Of a DNA stretch of 61,221 nt, positions 38,133 to 49,900 are shown piece by piece; the first letter of the stretch is position 1, and every line of letters starts with the position of its first letter. The notes under the pieces are model-generated. The model ran no database searches and had not been told where the DNA came from. It was given only the letters and a program-made list of their open reading frames with translations. Position numbers and translations under genes: made by a program. The stretch is taken from the NCBI GenBank assembly GCA_021159305.1, contig JAGGSB010000031.1, positions 1-61,221 on the forward strand, written 5' to 3'. Source of the stretch: Deltaproteobacteria bacterium. Lineage in GTDB: Bacteria; Campylobacterota_A; Desulfurellia; JAGGSF01.

Positions 38133-39377
38133 TATATCACTCCAAAATCTTGGTAACTACACCAGCGCCTACTGTCTTTCCGCCTTCCCTTATAGCAAAC
38201 CGCGTTCCTTCCTCAGAAGCAATAGGAGCAATAAGCTCTGCTTCTACTTCAATGTTATCACCAGGCATGATCATCTCTACCCCTTCGGGTAATTTTATCA
38301 CTCCTGTTACATCCGTTGTCCGCACAAAGAATTGAGGACGGTATCCTGTAAAGAACGGTGTGTGTCTACCACCTTCTTCTTTAGTTAAAACATAAGCCTG
38401 TGCCTTGAACTTAGTATGAGGAGTAATGGACCCCGGTTTGGCCAATACCATTCCCCTTTCCACCTCATTCTTTTTTATTCCTCTCAATAACACTCCGATA
38501 TTATCTCCTGCCCTTCCTTCATCCAATATTTTTCTGAACATCTCCAGAGATGTTGCTACTGTTTTTCTGGTAGGTTTAAATCCTACCATTTCTACCTCGT
38601 CTCCAGGATGAATAATTCCTCTTTCCACTCTGCCCGTGACTACCGTTCCTCTTCCAGAGATAGTAAATACATCCTCAATAGGCATAAGGAAAGGTTTGTC
38701 AACATCTCTCACCGGTGTCTTTATATACTCATCCACCGCTTTCAACAAATCCCAGATCGCCTTGGTATATTCATTTTCTTCACCTTCCGGTGTTTCCAAA
38801 GCCTTCAAGGCAGACCCTCTTATAACCGGCAGATCATCTCCGGGATAACCGTACTTGGTCAAAAGTTCTCTGGTCTCCATCTCTACCAGATCTATCAATT
38901 CTGGGTCATCCACCATGTCTGTTTTGTTTAAAAACACAACTATATAAGGCACCCCTACCTGACGGGCTAAAATTATATGCTCTCTGGTCTGTGGCATAGG
39001 ACCATCAGCGGCTGATACCACCAATATCGTTCCGTCCATCTGGGCTGCACCGGTAATCATATTCTTAACATAATCCGCATGCCCGGGACAATCGATATGT
39101 GCATAGTGCCTGTTCTCCGTTTCATACTCAATATGAGCAATATTGATAGTCAAGCCTCTGCTCTTCTCCTCTGGAGCTTTATCTATTTCATTATAACCGA
39201 TATAATTTGCCCACCCCTTAGCAGCTAAAACCTTGGTAACAGCCGAAGTAAGTGTTGTTTTTCCATGATCCACATGTCCAATCGTGCCTATGTTCACATG
39301 GGGTTTTTTACGCACATATTTTTCCTTTGCCATAAAATCCTCCTTTATAGTCCTTGCAACCCAAACCTTTGATTTGT
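38133..39377. repeat. 1245-bp direct repeat, copy 1 (tuf plus 4 nt downstream and 44 nt upstream)
   Basis: Constant offset of 16026 to 54159-55403. The EF-Tu proteins are identical, and all four antisense ORF-track ORFs are identical at the same offset. Borders were read by eye. Confidence 0.85.
38137..39333 (-). CDS. tuf: elongation factor Tu (copy 1, str-operon copy)
   Basis: [17 protein letters not shown] and NKTD motifs, 398 aa, downstream of fusA. Confidence 0.97.
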   Translation of the reverse strand: MAKEKYVRKKPHVNIGTIGHVDHGKTTLTSAVTKVLAAKGWANYIGYNEIDKAPEEKSRGLTINIAHIEYETENRHYAHIDCPGHADYVKNMITGAAQMDGTILVVSAADGPMPQTREHIILARQVGVPYIVVFLNKTDMVDDPELIDLVEMETRELLTKYGYPGDDLPVIRGSALKALETPEGEENEYTKAIWDLLKAVDEYIKTPVRDVDKPFLMPIEDVFTISGRGTVVTGRVERGIIHPGDEVEMVGFKPTRKTVATSLEMFRKILDEGRAGDNIGVLLRGIKKNEVERGMVLAKPGSITPHTKFKAQAYVLTKEEGGRHTPFFTGYRPQFFVRTTDVTGVIKLPEGVEMIMPGDNIEVEAELIAPIASEEGTRFAIREGGKTVGAGVVTKILE

Positions 39378-39407
39378 ATTATAAAAAACTCTATTTTTGA
39401 AGTCCAT
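39345..39407 (-). other. candidate 20-codon small ORF ([20 protein letters not shown]) between fusA and tuf
   Basis: AGGAGG (overlapping the fusA TAG) lies 4 nt upstream of the ATG at 39407. The TAA stop abuts the tuf SD (TAAAGGAGG). Confidence 0.25.
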
Positions 39408-39415
39408 AAGTCCTC

Positions 39416-41488
39416 CTACAACCCTTTTATCTTTTCCACAATGTTTTTAGAAACTTCCTCATAATGATCAAATTGCATCACATATGTTCCTCTTCCCTGC
39501 GTAAGAGAACGCAAGTTTGTCGCATATACAAACATTCCCGAAAGCGGAATGAATGCCTTGACTATTTTCTGTTCTCCTCTTTCCTCTACGCTCCACACTC
39601 GTCCTCGTCGTGCATTGATATCTCCCACAACATTACCTAAATGTTCCTTGGGAACATTTACCTCTATAGCCATAATAGGCTCTAAAAAGTAAGGATCAGC
39701 TTTCTTCATTCCCTCTTTAAAGGCAATAGAAGCTGCAATTCTAAAAGCTATATCAGAAGAATCAACCACATGATAAGAACCATCAATCAAAGTAACCTTA
39801 ACTTTAACCACAGGATAACCCGCTAAAACACCAGACTCTATTGCTTCTTGCAAGCCTTTTTTAACAGACGGGATAAACTCCTTTGGTATATCACCACCAT
39901 GTATAGCATTAACAAACTCAAACCTCTTATCCTTTTTTAGGGGTTCAATCCTTAAAACAACATGTCCGTATTGTCCCCTGCCACCTGTTTGTCTGACAAA
40001 TTTTCCCTCCTGCCGTTCCACACATTTTCTTATAGTTTCCTTATAAGCTACTTGAGGTTTGCCTACATTTACTGACACATGCTGCTCTCGACGCAGACGA
40101 TCGACGATTATAGCCAAATGCAGCTCGCCCATTCCTGATATTATTGTCTGTCCCGTTTCCACATCACATCTTACATGAAATGTAGGATCCTCGTCAGCCA
40201 TGTATTTTAACGCCAGAGAAAGCTTCTCTTGATCAGCTTTCGTCTTTGGCTCAACCGCTACAGAAATTACAGGTTCAGGAAATTTCATCGACTCAAAAAC
40301 AACCCTTTTATTTTCATCACATAGTGTATCACCAGTGAAAGTATGTTTTAATCCAACGACCCCTACTATATCTCCCGCATACATTGTGTCTACATCTATT
40401 CTCTTGTTAGAATGCATGCGCAAAACTCTTCCTACTCGTTCCTTGATATCTCTAGTGGAATTATACACATAACTACCTACCTTCATCGTACCAGAATAAA
40501 TCCGTAAGTATACCAACCTACCCACAAAAGGATCATTAACTATCTTAAAAACCAAAGCAGAAAAAGGTTCGTTATCATCAGCCCCTCTCTCTATTACTTC
40601 TCCCGTTAAAGGATTAAAACCTTTCATAGGAGGAACATCTCCGGGCGAAGGAAGAAAATCCGCAACAGCATCTAAGAGTGGCTGTACGCCCTTGTTTTTA
40701 AAAGCACTACCACATAAAACAGGGATAACTTTCCCCGTCAAAGTAGCTTTTCTTGTAACCCTTTTCGCCTCTTCTTCACTTATATCTTTCCCTTCTATAT
40801 ATTTTTCCATAATTGACTCATCAAAATCAGCCAACACCTCTATTACTTGTTGCCTTGTTTTTTCTACCTTTTTCTTTAGCTTTTCTGGAACCTCACGAAC
40901 AGAAAACTGCATTCCTAATTTATCTAAATCCCAAACATAGGCTTTCCTATTTATTACATTCACCACACCCACAAAACTATCTTCTTCTCCTATTGGTATT
41001 TGCAAAGGTAACACAGTTGCACCCAACTTCTGTCTCACATCATCTACCGCCCGAAAATAATCTGCACCTATTCTGTCCATTTTATTCACAAAAGCAATAC
41101 GCGGCACATTATACCGGTCCGCTTGTCTCCATACTGTTTCCGACTGCGGTTCCACCCCTGATACGCCACAAAACACACCTATCGCTCCATCCAAAACTCT
41201 CAAAGACCTCTCTACTTCTACCGTAAAATCCACATGTCCTGGAGTGTCAATGATGTTTACACAACATCCCCTCCAAAAACAAGTGGTAGTAGCAGCAGTA
41301 ATGGTAATCCCTCTTTCTCTCTCTTGCTCCATCCAATCCATAACGGCTGTCCCTGAATCTACTTCGCCCATCTTATGTGAAACGCCGGTATAAAAAAGCA
41401 TTCGTTCCGTGGTTGTTGTTTTGCCAGCATCTATATGAGCAATTATTCCTATATTGCGTATTTTGTCCAATGAATGTAATCTTCCCAT
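39416..41488 (-). CDS. fusA: elongation factor G
   Basis: [21 protein letters not shown]. 690 aa. Confidence 0.97.
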   Translation of the reverse strand: MGRLHSLDKIRNIGIIAHIDAGKTTTTERMLFYTGVSHKMGEVDSGTAVMDWMEQERERGITITAATTTCFWRGCCVNIIDTPGHVDFTVEVERSLRVLDGAIGVFCGVSGVEPQSETVWRQADRYNVPRIAFVNKMDRIGADYFRAVDDVRQKLGATVLPLQIPIGEEDSFVGVVNVINRKAYVWDLDKLGMQFSVREVPEKLKKKVEKTRQQVIEVLADFDESIMEKYIEGKDISEEEAKRVTRKATLTGKVIPVLCGSAFKNKGVQPLLDAVADFLPSPGDVPPMKGFNPLTGEVIERGADDNEPFSALVFKIVNDPFVGRLVYLRIYSGTMKVGSYVYNSTRDIKERVGRVLRMHSNKRIDVDTMYAGDIVGVVGLKHTFTGDTLCDENKRVVFESMKFPEPVISVAVEPKTKADQEKLSLALKYMADEDPTFHVRCDVETGQTIISGMGELHLAIIVDRLRREQHVSVNVGKPQVAYKETIRKCVERQEGKFVRQTGGRGQYGHVVLRIEPLKKDKRFEFVNAIHGGDIPKEFIPSVKKGLQEAIESGVLAGYPVVKVKVTLIDGSYHVVDSSDIAFRIAASIAFKEGMKKADPYFLEPIMAIEVNVPKEHLGNVVGDINARRGRVWSVEERGEQKIVKAFIPLSGMFVYATNLRSLTQGRGTYVMQFDHYEEVSKNIVEKIKGL

Positions 41489-41497
41489 ATTCCAACA

Positions 41498-41965
41498 TCA
41501 CCACCTGTAGTGAGCAAAAGCCCTATTCGCTTCCGCCATCTTATGTACATCCCCTCTCTTTTTAGCCGCGCCACCCTTACCTTCGCTGGCATCCAATATC
41601 TCATTCGCCAATTTCTCAAACATCCTTTTCTCGTGCCTTTTTCTTGCATAGCCAACCAACCATCGAACAGCCAAGCTTCTCTGCCTAGAAGCTCTCACTT
41701 CCACTGGTACCTGGTAAGTAGCCCCACCTACTCTACGCGGCCTCACCTCTAATCGAGGCATAATGTTGGACATTACTTTTTTTAAAACTTCCATCGGATC
41801 CTGTCCTGTTTTATCTTTCACAATATCCATCGCTTTATAAAATGCCCTTTCAGCAACCGTCTTTTTACCATCCCACATTATATTATTTATAATTTTAGCT
41901 ACCAATACACTTTTATAAATAAGGTCAGGAGAAATACTCCTCTGCTCTGCCCTTCGCCTTCGCAT
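41498..41965 (-). CDS. rpsG: 30S ribosomal protein S7
   Basis: S7 sequence ending AFAHYRW, located between rpsL and fusA. Confidence 0.95.
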   Translation of the reverse strand: MRRRRAEQRSISPDLIYKSVLVAKIINNIMWDGKKTVAERAFYKAMDIVKDKTGQDPMEVLKKVMSNIMPRLEVRPRRVGGATYQVPVEVRASRQRSLAVRWLVGYARKRHEKRMFEKLANEILDASEGKGGAAKKRGDVHKMAEANRAFAHYRW

Positions 41966-41968
41966 AAA

Positions 41969-42349
41969 CTACACTCCACTCTTTGGTTTCTTCGCACCAT
42001 ATTTAGATCTTCCCTGTTTTCTATCCTCAACTCCTCCCGTATCCAAAGCACCTCTCACTACATGATACCTCACTCCCGGTAAATCTTTCACTCTGCCTCC
42101 TCTTACCAAAATGATAGAATGCTCCTGTAAGCTATGACCTTCTCCGGGAATGTATGCGGTTACCTCAGCGCCACTGGTCAACTTCACCCTCGCCACTTTC
42201 CTTAAAGCAGAATTTGGCTTCTTCGGTGTTGTTGTATACACCCTTATGCAAACACCTCTTTTCTGAGGGCAGCCCTCCAGCGCCAACATTTTTTTGCTTT
42301 CTTTTTTGTTTCTTCTTCCCTTTCTAATTAGTTGATTAATCGTTGGCAT
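41969..42349 (-). CDS. rpsL: 30S ribosomal protein S12
   Basis: [13 protein letters not shown]-terminus. Start trimmed to the ATG at 42349 with AGGAGG 4 nt upstream. Confidence 0.95.
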   Translation of the reverse strand: MPTINQLIRKGRRNKKESKKMLALEGCPQKRGVCIRVYTTTPKKPNSALRKVARVKLTSGAEVTAYIPGEGHSLQEHSIILVRGGRVKDLPGVRYHVVRGALDTGGVEDRKQGRSKYGAKKPKSGV

Positions 42350-42399
42350 CTTTCCTCCTTTTAAAAAACAAAGCGGTTGTAACGGTATCAACAAAAAGC

Positions 42400-45300
42400 T
42401 TATTTGTCAAGTGTTTTTGGTACAATGCCTATCTCGTCAAATCGCCTTTGACCCGTACCTGCAGGAACCAACCGCCCCACAATCACATTTTCCTTCAATC
42501 CCTTAAGAAGATCTATTGCTCCAGAAATACTGGCTTCTCTGAGCACTCGTGTTGTCTCCTGAAATGAAGCGGCAGAAACAAAGCTCTCCGCACTCAACGC
42601 CGCTTTCGTAATTCCCAAAAGGATAATCCTTCCTATAGCAGGTTTCTTTTCGTCCTCTATCATCTTCAGGTTTTCTTTCATAAACCTAAACCTATTAACC
42701 ATCTCATCTTCCATAAACCCTGTATCTCCTGCGTCTTCTACTATCACCTTAGAAAGCATTTGCCTTACAATTATCTCTATATGTTTGTCATTTATGTTCA
42801 CTCCTTGCAATCTATAAACCTGCTGAACTTCATTTAGCAAATGCTTTTGCAATTCCCTCTCGCCCAATATCTCTAAAATGTCATGTGGGTCTACCACTCC
42901 ATCTGTCAAGGGTTCCCCCATTTCTACTCTATCTCCCGGATACACAAGCAATCTCTTGTCACGAGAGATAGCATATTCTTTTCTCGTTCCTCCAGTAGAG
43001 GTCACAACAAGCATTCTCTTGCTTTTTATCGTCTTACCATAAGAAACTATACCATTTATTTCAGTAACTACTGCTGCGTTCTTTGGTACTTTTGCTTCGA
43101 ACAATTCATTTGCTCTGGGCAGTCCACCTGTTATATCCGTTGTCTTTATCAATTCCTTAGGAATTTTTCCCATCTCGTCTCCTGCCTTAACATAATCACC
43201 ATCGTTCTTAAGGAGAATCGTTCCTGTAGGAAGATAATAGACAGCTTCCTCATCTATACCCGGCAATTTTTTTACATTACCATCTTTATCAACAATGGCA
43301 ATACGAGGGCGAAGAAGGGGATCACGAGATTCAATAATTATCTTGTTCCTTAGGCCTGTTACCCTATCTATATCTTCTTTAAAAGTACTGCCCTGTTCTA
43401 TATCTAAATATTTTATATATCCTTCAACACTCACTAAAATAAAGTCACTATATGCATCCCATTCAGAAAGAACACAAACAGATTTAAACAACTCCGGGTC
43501 ACTTTCAAATCTTTGTTTTGCTTTCTCATCATTGAACCCTACAATAAGTTCGCCCGGCTTAACTGTACTTCCTTTTCTTACATATATAATAGATCCTCTT
43601 GGAATATAATGTCTCTCAACAATTTCATTGTCTTTCTTTATAAAAATATGCGTTCCATGCCTGTTCACCACCCCCTGATGAAAATCATCTATTTCTATCA
43701 ATTTATTACCGGATAAGGCATAAAGACAAACTTCTCCCCCCTCCTCTACGCGTACAAAACGTTTAAGTGTTTCACCTTTATTTACATGAATCCTCGAGCC
43801 ATAAGGGATCTTGCGTGGCACATCCCATACCTCCAATATCCTCTCTGCCAGCAAAGTACCAGAAGATGTAACAGCCCCATCTTTTACTGTAAACATAAAT
43901 TTACCTATAGCCTCTGCGCCGCTGCCAAATACATCCTTCTCTGTAACAAAATCTACTTTTTTTAAAGTATAATTTTCATTATCACCTACTGCTATATTAT
44001 AGTTCACAGTATCTTCAGTAATCTTTACTTTTCCACTGTTTACAGCTATTATTTGCGGTTCCGTCACCAGTACATAAGCATCCCTTCTAGAAAGAACAAT
44101 ACGCTCTTTGCTGGAATTTTCAGCAATCTCCAAATTGCAAAACCTGACAATGCCTGCTCGAGATGTTTCTGCACTCATCTTTTCCCCTGTTTTGCTCGCC
44201 GTTCCCCCAATGTGAAAGGTTCTTAAGGTAAGCTGTGTTCCCGGCTCACCTATAGATTGAGCAGAAATAATACCCACTGCCTCTCCTAACTCCACTTTTT
44301 CGCCCCTCGCTAAATCCAGACCATAGCACTTGGCACATACCCCATGATCCATCTTGCAGGTAAGAACAGTGTGTATTTTTACCCTTTTTATCCCTACTTC
44401 TGCAATTTCATCTGCTTTTCTATCACTTATAATCTCATTTTCCTCTACAATTATCTTCTTTGTAAAAGGATTAATTACATTCTCTGCCGCTGTTCTCCCC
44501 GATATCCTTTCTCTTAGACTTTCTATTTCTTCACCACTTGTAATAATTGCCGAGACATACATACCTTCTGTTGAACCACAATCCTCAGCGGTGATTATTA
44601 CATCCTGTGCCACATCCACAAGTTTTCTCGTCAAATATCCTGCATTCGCTGTTTTCAACGCTGTATCAGCCAATCCTTTTCTCGCCCCATGGCTAGAAAT
44701 AAAATATTCCAGTACACTCAATCCTTCTTTAAAGTTTGACTTAATCGGGGTTTCAATAATATCTCCTGATGGTTTAGCCATCAAACCTCTTGCACCTGCA
44801 AGTTGTCTTATCTGCTGTGCTGAACCACGAGCACCAGAATCAGCCATAACATATATAGGATTAAAACTTTCTCCAAATTCCCCGCCTAAATTTTTCATCA
44901 TTACATCGGCAATCTTATCCGTTGCCCCACTCCATATATCCACTACCTTATTATATCTCTCCATATCCGTTAGAAGACCTTGTCTATATTGTTCCGCAAT
45001 CGCTTTTACCTTCTCATCGGCAACTTCAATTATTCTCTTCTTCTCCAGGGGCACATCTATATCATCAAGAGAAATAGATATACCTGCTCGGGTCGCCATA
45101 CAAAAACCCATTTCTTTTACATCATCTAAAAATTTTGTTGTAGTAGGTAAATCTTTGTTTTTATAGATGTAATTTACCACATTAACTACATCTTTCTTTT
45201 TCATCGTTTTATTTACCAGTTCAAATGGCACACCATCAGGCAAAATTCCACCCAAAATCACTCTACCTGTGGTTGTGCTTACCATTTCACCATCCATCCT

Positions 45301-46956
45301 CACTTTAATAGAAGCGTTTAATGAACATACATCATTATCGTAAGCAAATCTAGCCTCGTCTGGGGATGAAAAAAGCATCCCCTCGCCAATAACACCATTT
45401 TTTGGTTTCGTCATATAGTAAATGCCCAATACCATATCCTGTGTAGGGACAGCAACAGGGTTTCCACTGGCAGGAGAAATAACACCATGCGGAGACAACA
45501 TTAAAACCTCTGCTTCCATCTTTGCTTCTGGAGACAGGGGAACATGTATTGCCATCTGATCTCCATCAAAATCTGCATTAAAGGCTGGACAAACAAGAGG
45601 ATGAAGTTGAATAGCTTTGTCCTTGATAAGTACAGGGTGAAAAGCCTGAATAGAAAGTCTATGAAGCGTAGGAGCTCTGTTTAAAAGCACAGGATATTCT
45701 TTAACTATTTCCTCCAGAATATCCCATATCACTTCCTCTCTTCTTTCCACCATTTTCTTCGCACCTTTTATTGTGCTGGTTAACCCTAAATCAATAAGTT
45801 TATTGTAAATAAAGGGTTTGAAAAGTTCTAATGCCATAAGACGAGGTAATCCACACTGGCCTAATTTTAACTCAGGTCCCACAATGATTACCGAGCGACC
45901 GGAATAATCCACTCTTTTGCCCAAAAGATTGCGACGAAATCTTCCTGCTTTCCCTTTTATGGAATCCGAAAGAGATTTTAATGGTCTATTGTTACTTGCT
46001 CTTACTACCTGTTTTCTCCTTCCGTTATCCAGTAATGCATCTACCGCTTCCTGAAGCATTCTCTTCTCATTCCTAACGATAATGGATGGCGCACCCAATT
46101 CCATAAGTCTTTTTAAACGATTATTTCTATTAATTACTCTTCTATAAAGATCGTTTAAATCCGAGGATGCAAATCTTCCACTCTCCAAAGAAACCAACGG
46201 GCGCAAATCGGGGGGCAAAACAGGCAAAACCTCCAATATCATCCATTCTGGCCTGCTTCCTGCCCGCTTGAATTTCTCTACTATTCGTGCCCTTCTTACA
46301 GTCTTCTTCTTCTTTGCCGTAAATGTCGTTGTCCTAATTGCTTCTTGAAGTTCTTCATGTAATGCATCAATATCTATCTTTTCCCATAATTTTCTTATAG
46401 CTGAAGCACCCATTTCTGCAACAAACTTATCTCCATATATTTCTTTCGCCTCGCGATATTCCTTTTCTGAAAGAGTCTTCTTCACCGGAATTTCCGGAAC
46501 AGTGCTCTTTATAGTTATGTAAGATTCATAATATATAACCCGATCTAAGTCTTTCAGTTTAATATCAAAAAACAGAGACATTATGCTAGGAATACTTCTC
46601 AAATACCATATATGACTAACTGGTGTAGCAAGCTCAATATGTCCCATCCTTTCTCTTCTTACCCTTGCCTCCGTTACTTCTACACCACATTTTTCGCACA
46701 CAACACCCTTGTACTTTATCCTCTTATACTTCCCACACAAACATTCATAATCTTTCATTGGTCCAAATATACGAGCGCAGAAAAGACCATCTCTTTCAGG
46801 TTTAAATGTTCTATAGTTGATCGTTTCTGCCTTCTTCACCTCGCCATAACTCCATTCCCTTATCTTATCCGGGGAAACAAGACCTATCCTTATCGCATCA
46901 AAATCCCTCGTAGACCTTGGTTTACCTTTTAAAATAGTAAACATTTCATCCATCAA
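42400..46956 (-). CDS. rpoC: DNA-directed RNA polymerase subunit beta-prime
   Basis: Zinc finger CLCGKY...CEKCG, catalytic NADFDGDQM, trigger loop HIGGTAS...DITGGLPR with a long insertion. 1518 aa. Confidence 0.97.
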   Translation of the reverse strand: MMDEMFTILKGKPRSTRDFDAIRIGLVSPDKIREWSYGEVKKAETINYRTFKPERDGLFCARIFGPMKDYECLCGKYKRIKYKGVVCEKCGVEVTEARVRRERMGHIELATPVSHIWYLRSIPSIMSLFFDIKLKDLDRVIYYESYITIKSTVPEIPVKKTLSEKEYREAKEIYGDKFVAEMGASAIRKLWEKIDIDALHEELQEAIRTTTFTAKKKKTVRRARIVEKFKRAGSRPEWMILEVLPVLPPDLRPLVSLESGRFASSDLNDLYRRVINRNNRLKRLMELGAPSIIVRNEKRMLQEAVDALLDNGRRKQVVRASNNRPLKSLSDSIKGKAGRFRRNLLGKRVDYSGRSVIIVGPELKLGQCGLPRLMALELFKPFIYNKLIDLGLTSTIKGAKKMVERREEVIWDILEEIVKEYPVLLNRAPTLHRLSIQAFHPVLIKDKAIQLHPLVCPAFNADFDGDQMAIHVPLSPEAKMEAEVLMLSPHGVISPASGNPVAVPTQDMVLGIYYMTKPKNGVIGEGMLFSSPDEARFAYDNDVCSLNASIKVRMDGEMVSTTTGRVILGGILPDGVPFELVNKTMKKKDVVNVVNYIYKNKDLPTTTKFLDDVKEMGFCMATRAGISISLDDIDVPLEKKRIIEVADEKVKAIAEQYRQGLLTDMERYNKVVDIWSGATDKIADVMMKNLGGEFGESFNPIYVMADSGARGSAQQIRQLAGARGLMAKPSGDIIETPIKSNFKEGLSVLEYFISSHGARKGLADTALKTANAGYLTRKLVDVAQDVIITAEDCGSTEGMYVSAIITSGEEIESLRERISGRTAAENVINPFTKKIIVEENEIISDRKADEIAEVGIKRVKIHTVLTCKMDHGVCAKCYGLDLARGEKVELGEAVGIISAQSIGEPGTQLTLRTFHIGGTASKTGEKMSAETSRAGIVRFCNLEIAENSSKERIVLSRRDAYVLVTEPQIIAVNSGKVKITEDTVNYNIAVGDNENYTLKKVDFVTEKDVFGSGAEAIGKFMFTVKDGAVTSSGTLLAERILEVWDVPRKIPYGSRIHVNKGETLKRFVRVEEGGEVCLYALSGNKLIEIDDFHQGVVNRHGTHIFIKKDNEIVERHYIPRGSIIYVRKGSTVKPGELIVGFNDEKAKQRFESDPELFKSVCVLSEWDAYSDFILVSVEGYIKYLDIEQGSTFKEDIDRVTGLRNKIIIESRDPLLRPRIAIVDKDGNVKKLPGIDEEAVYYLPTGTILLKNDGDYVKAGDEMGKIPKELIKTTDITGGLPRANELFEAKVPKNAAVVTEINGIVSYGKTIKSKRMLVVTSTGGTRKEYAISRDKRLLVYPGDRVEMGEPLTDGVVDPHDILEILGERELQKHLLNEVQQVYRLQGVNINDKHIEIIVRQMLSKVIVEDAGDTGFMEDEMVNRFRFMKENLKMIEDEKKPAIGRIILLGITKAALSAESFVSAASFQETTRVLREASISGAIDLLKGLKENVIVGRLVPAGTGQRRFDEIGIVPKTLDK

Positions 46957-49900
46957 TAAACACTCCTAACGCTCTTTAAAAGTTCCACATCTAAACACAA
47001 GGATTTCAATTCCTGAACAAGTACATTAAATGATTCGGGTACTCCTCCCAAAGTTATATCTTTTCCCTTCGTCGCAAACTCATAAGCCTTGTTCCTGCCA
47101 GGAATATCATCTGATTTTATAGTGAGCATCTCCTGTAAAGTATACGCAGCACCATAACCTTCCAATGCCCACACCTCCATTTCTCCGAATCGCTGACCAC
47201 CAAATTGCGCTTTTCCTCCTAAGGGCTGTTGTGTCACTAAGGAGTAAGGACCTATACTTCTTGCATGTATTTTATCTTCTACCAGATGATTGAGCTTCAT
47301 CACATACATGCAACCCACAGATACAGGATTGGCAAACGGCTCCCCTGTAACACCATCGTATAATTTCATTTTGGATAACTTTATTCCGCTTCTCTTAACC
47401 AGGCCTTCAAGCTCTTCCTCTGTTGCACTTTCAAAAACAGGCACGCTTGCCTTCACGCCACTTGCCCAATCAATGGCAAATCTCGTAAGTTCCTCATTAC
47501 TTAAACGCTCTATAAATGCTTTAGTCTCCCTCTTATTTCCCTCAAAAATGTCATTCAAAAAATTTCTTATAGCGGTTTTTTTTCCTTGTTTAACCAGAAC
47601 ATTAATCTTCTCTCCTAATCCTTTACAAATAAAACCCAGATGTGCTTCTAATATCTGACCAATATTCATTCGAGAAGGCACACCCAACGGATTAAGAACA
47701 ATGTCCACTGGCGTTCCGTCCTCTAAAAATGGCAAGTCCTCAGCTGGCAATATTTTAGATACAACTCCCTTATTACCATGCCTGCCAGCCATTTTATCTC
47801 CCACCATAAGTTTTCTCTTGACTGCCATATAAACCTTTACCGCCATTACCACTCCAGACGGCAAATCATCTTCCTTTCCTGTATTTTTTATTTCTTCTGC
47901 TGCGGATTCTTTCAGATCCTTGATCATTTTCTTGTAATAACGCTCTATTGAAAGCGATTTTTGCTTAAGCTTTTTGGAAACACATAGACTCTTTAGCCCA
48001 TTTACATCCAGAGAAGACAGTTTCTTTATTGAAACCCGTTTCCCCTTCTTCTCCACTATTTTTCCCTTTATATTCACCACATCCTTTTCTAAAGGATTTT
48101 GAGCAATGAGTTGCTTTAAACTGTCCATATATAATTTGTTTACAATGTTTAACTTACTCTGCAACTCTTTATTTATATTCTCCACATTCATCTCTTCCAT
48201 CTCTTTAAAGCGATCCCCTTTTTCTGCTTGTCTGCTTCTCAATATTTTCACATCTATAATCACACCTTCTGCATCAGAAGGAACCCGTAGGGACGAATCA
48301 GCAACATTACTTGCTTTCTCTCCGAATATCGCTCTTAAGAGTCTCTCTTCAGGTGAATAGTAAGTCTCTACTTTCGGTGTAATCTTGCCCACAAGCACAT
48401 CCCCCGGTTTTACATAAGCACCTATCCTCACAATACCGTTTTCGTCCAGGTTTCTTATCACCTCAGATGAGACATTGGGAATATCGGCAGTAATTTCTTC
48501 CAACCCCAGTTTGATGTCTCTTACAGAAACATCAAATTCTCTTATGTGCACTGAAGTATAAACATCTTCATCAACTGCCTGGTGAGAAATAACAACTGCA
48601 TCTTCATAATTATATCCGTACCACGGAATAAAAGCTACCACCAGGTTTTTCCCTAAAGCTAATTCTCCTTTATCCATTGTTGGTCCGTCTGCAATGACCT
48701 GTCCTTTTTTTACTTTATCCCCTACATTTACAATGGGGTGTTGATCAAAACATACATTTTGGTTGGTTTTCTCAAACCTTCTTATTGGATAATCATCCAG
48801 GTTACAAAGATTTTCCTTCTCTTTACTCCTTATACATATTCTGTTAGCTTCCACTCTTACTACCTCACCGTCTCTCTGAGCAATAACCGCACTACGAGAA
48901 TATCTGGCTACAACACTCTCCATTCCCGTACCAACTAATGGCGCCTCGTTTGTAATCAGAGGCACAGCTTGCCTCTGCATATTCGAACCCATAAGTGCAC
49001 GATTGGCATCATCATGCTCAAGAAAAGGAATGAGCGAACCAGTTACACCCACTAACTGGTTCGGAGAAACATCCATCAGAGTTACCTCTTCTCTCTTGAC
49101 CATAACAAATTCATCATCCTTTCGAGCGGAAACATATTTATTCTTAAATGTCCCATCCGGATTTAAAGCTGCATTTGCCTGAGCAATAATATGTCCCTTT
49201 TCTTGCGATGCCATGAGATAATCCAGTTCAGTTAAAACCTTTCCATCTTTTACTCTTCTATAAGGCGTTTCTAAGAAACCATATCTATTTACTCTTGCAT
49301 ATGTAGCCATAGAGGTAATAAGACCTATGTTAGGCCCTTCTGGCGTTTCCACCGGGCAGATCCTTCCATAATGAGAAGGATGGACATCCCTTACCTCAAA
49401 ACCTGCTCTCTCTCTTGTTAATCCTCCAGGACCCAACGCCGACAATCTTCTCTTGTGACTAATCTCCGCCAAAATATTTGTCTGATCTAAAAATTGGGAG
49501 AGTTGGCCCATAGAAAAAAAGCTCATAATTGCCGATGTTACAGGTTTAGCATTTATAAGATCAAATGGTGTTATACCTGCTATATCCCTAATTATCATCC
49601 TATCTTTGATGAGTTTCTGCATCCTTAAAAGACCTATTCTCATCTGTCCATAAAGCAGTTCACCAACCAAGCCTAATCTTCTATTAAAAAGGCTATCCCT
49701 ATCATCCGGTATGACTACTTCATTCTTCAATAAAATTAAATATTTAAGCATACCAACAAAATCATCAGGGGTTAATATTCTTATATCTTCCGGTACATCT
49801 ATATTAAAGATCTCGTTTAACTTTAATCTTCCCTCCAATGAAACATCATATCTCTTGGGATCAAAAAACAACATATTAAAAAAAGTTTTAGCACTTTCAG

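Noticed and set aside
44354-45166. 270-aa ORF on the plus strand inside rpoC
   Set aside because: It is antisense to a highly conserved gene, S/I/F/L-rich and low in complexity, with no SD. Long stop-free antisense frames are expected in an AT-rich genome with purine-rich sense codons. The same applies to the other antisense ORFs in the track, for example 11948-12463, 27301-27864, 14532-14969, 42883-43353 and 40813-41226.
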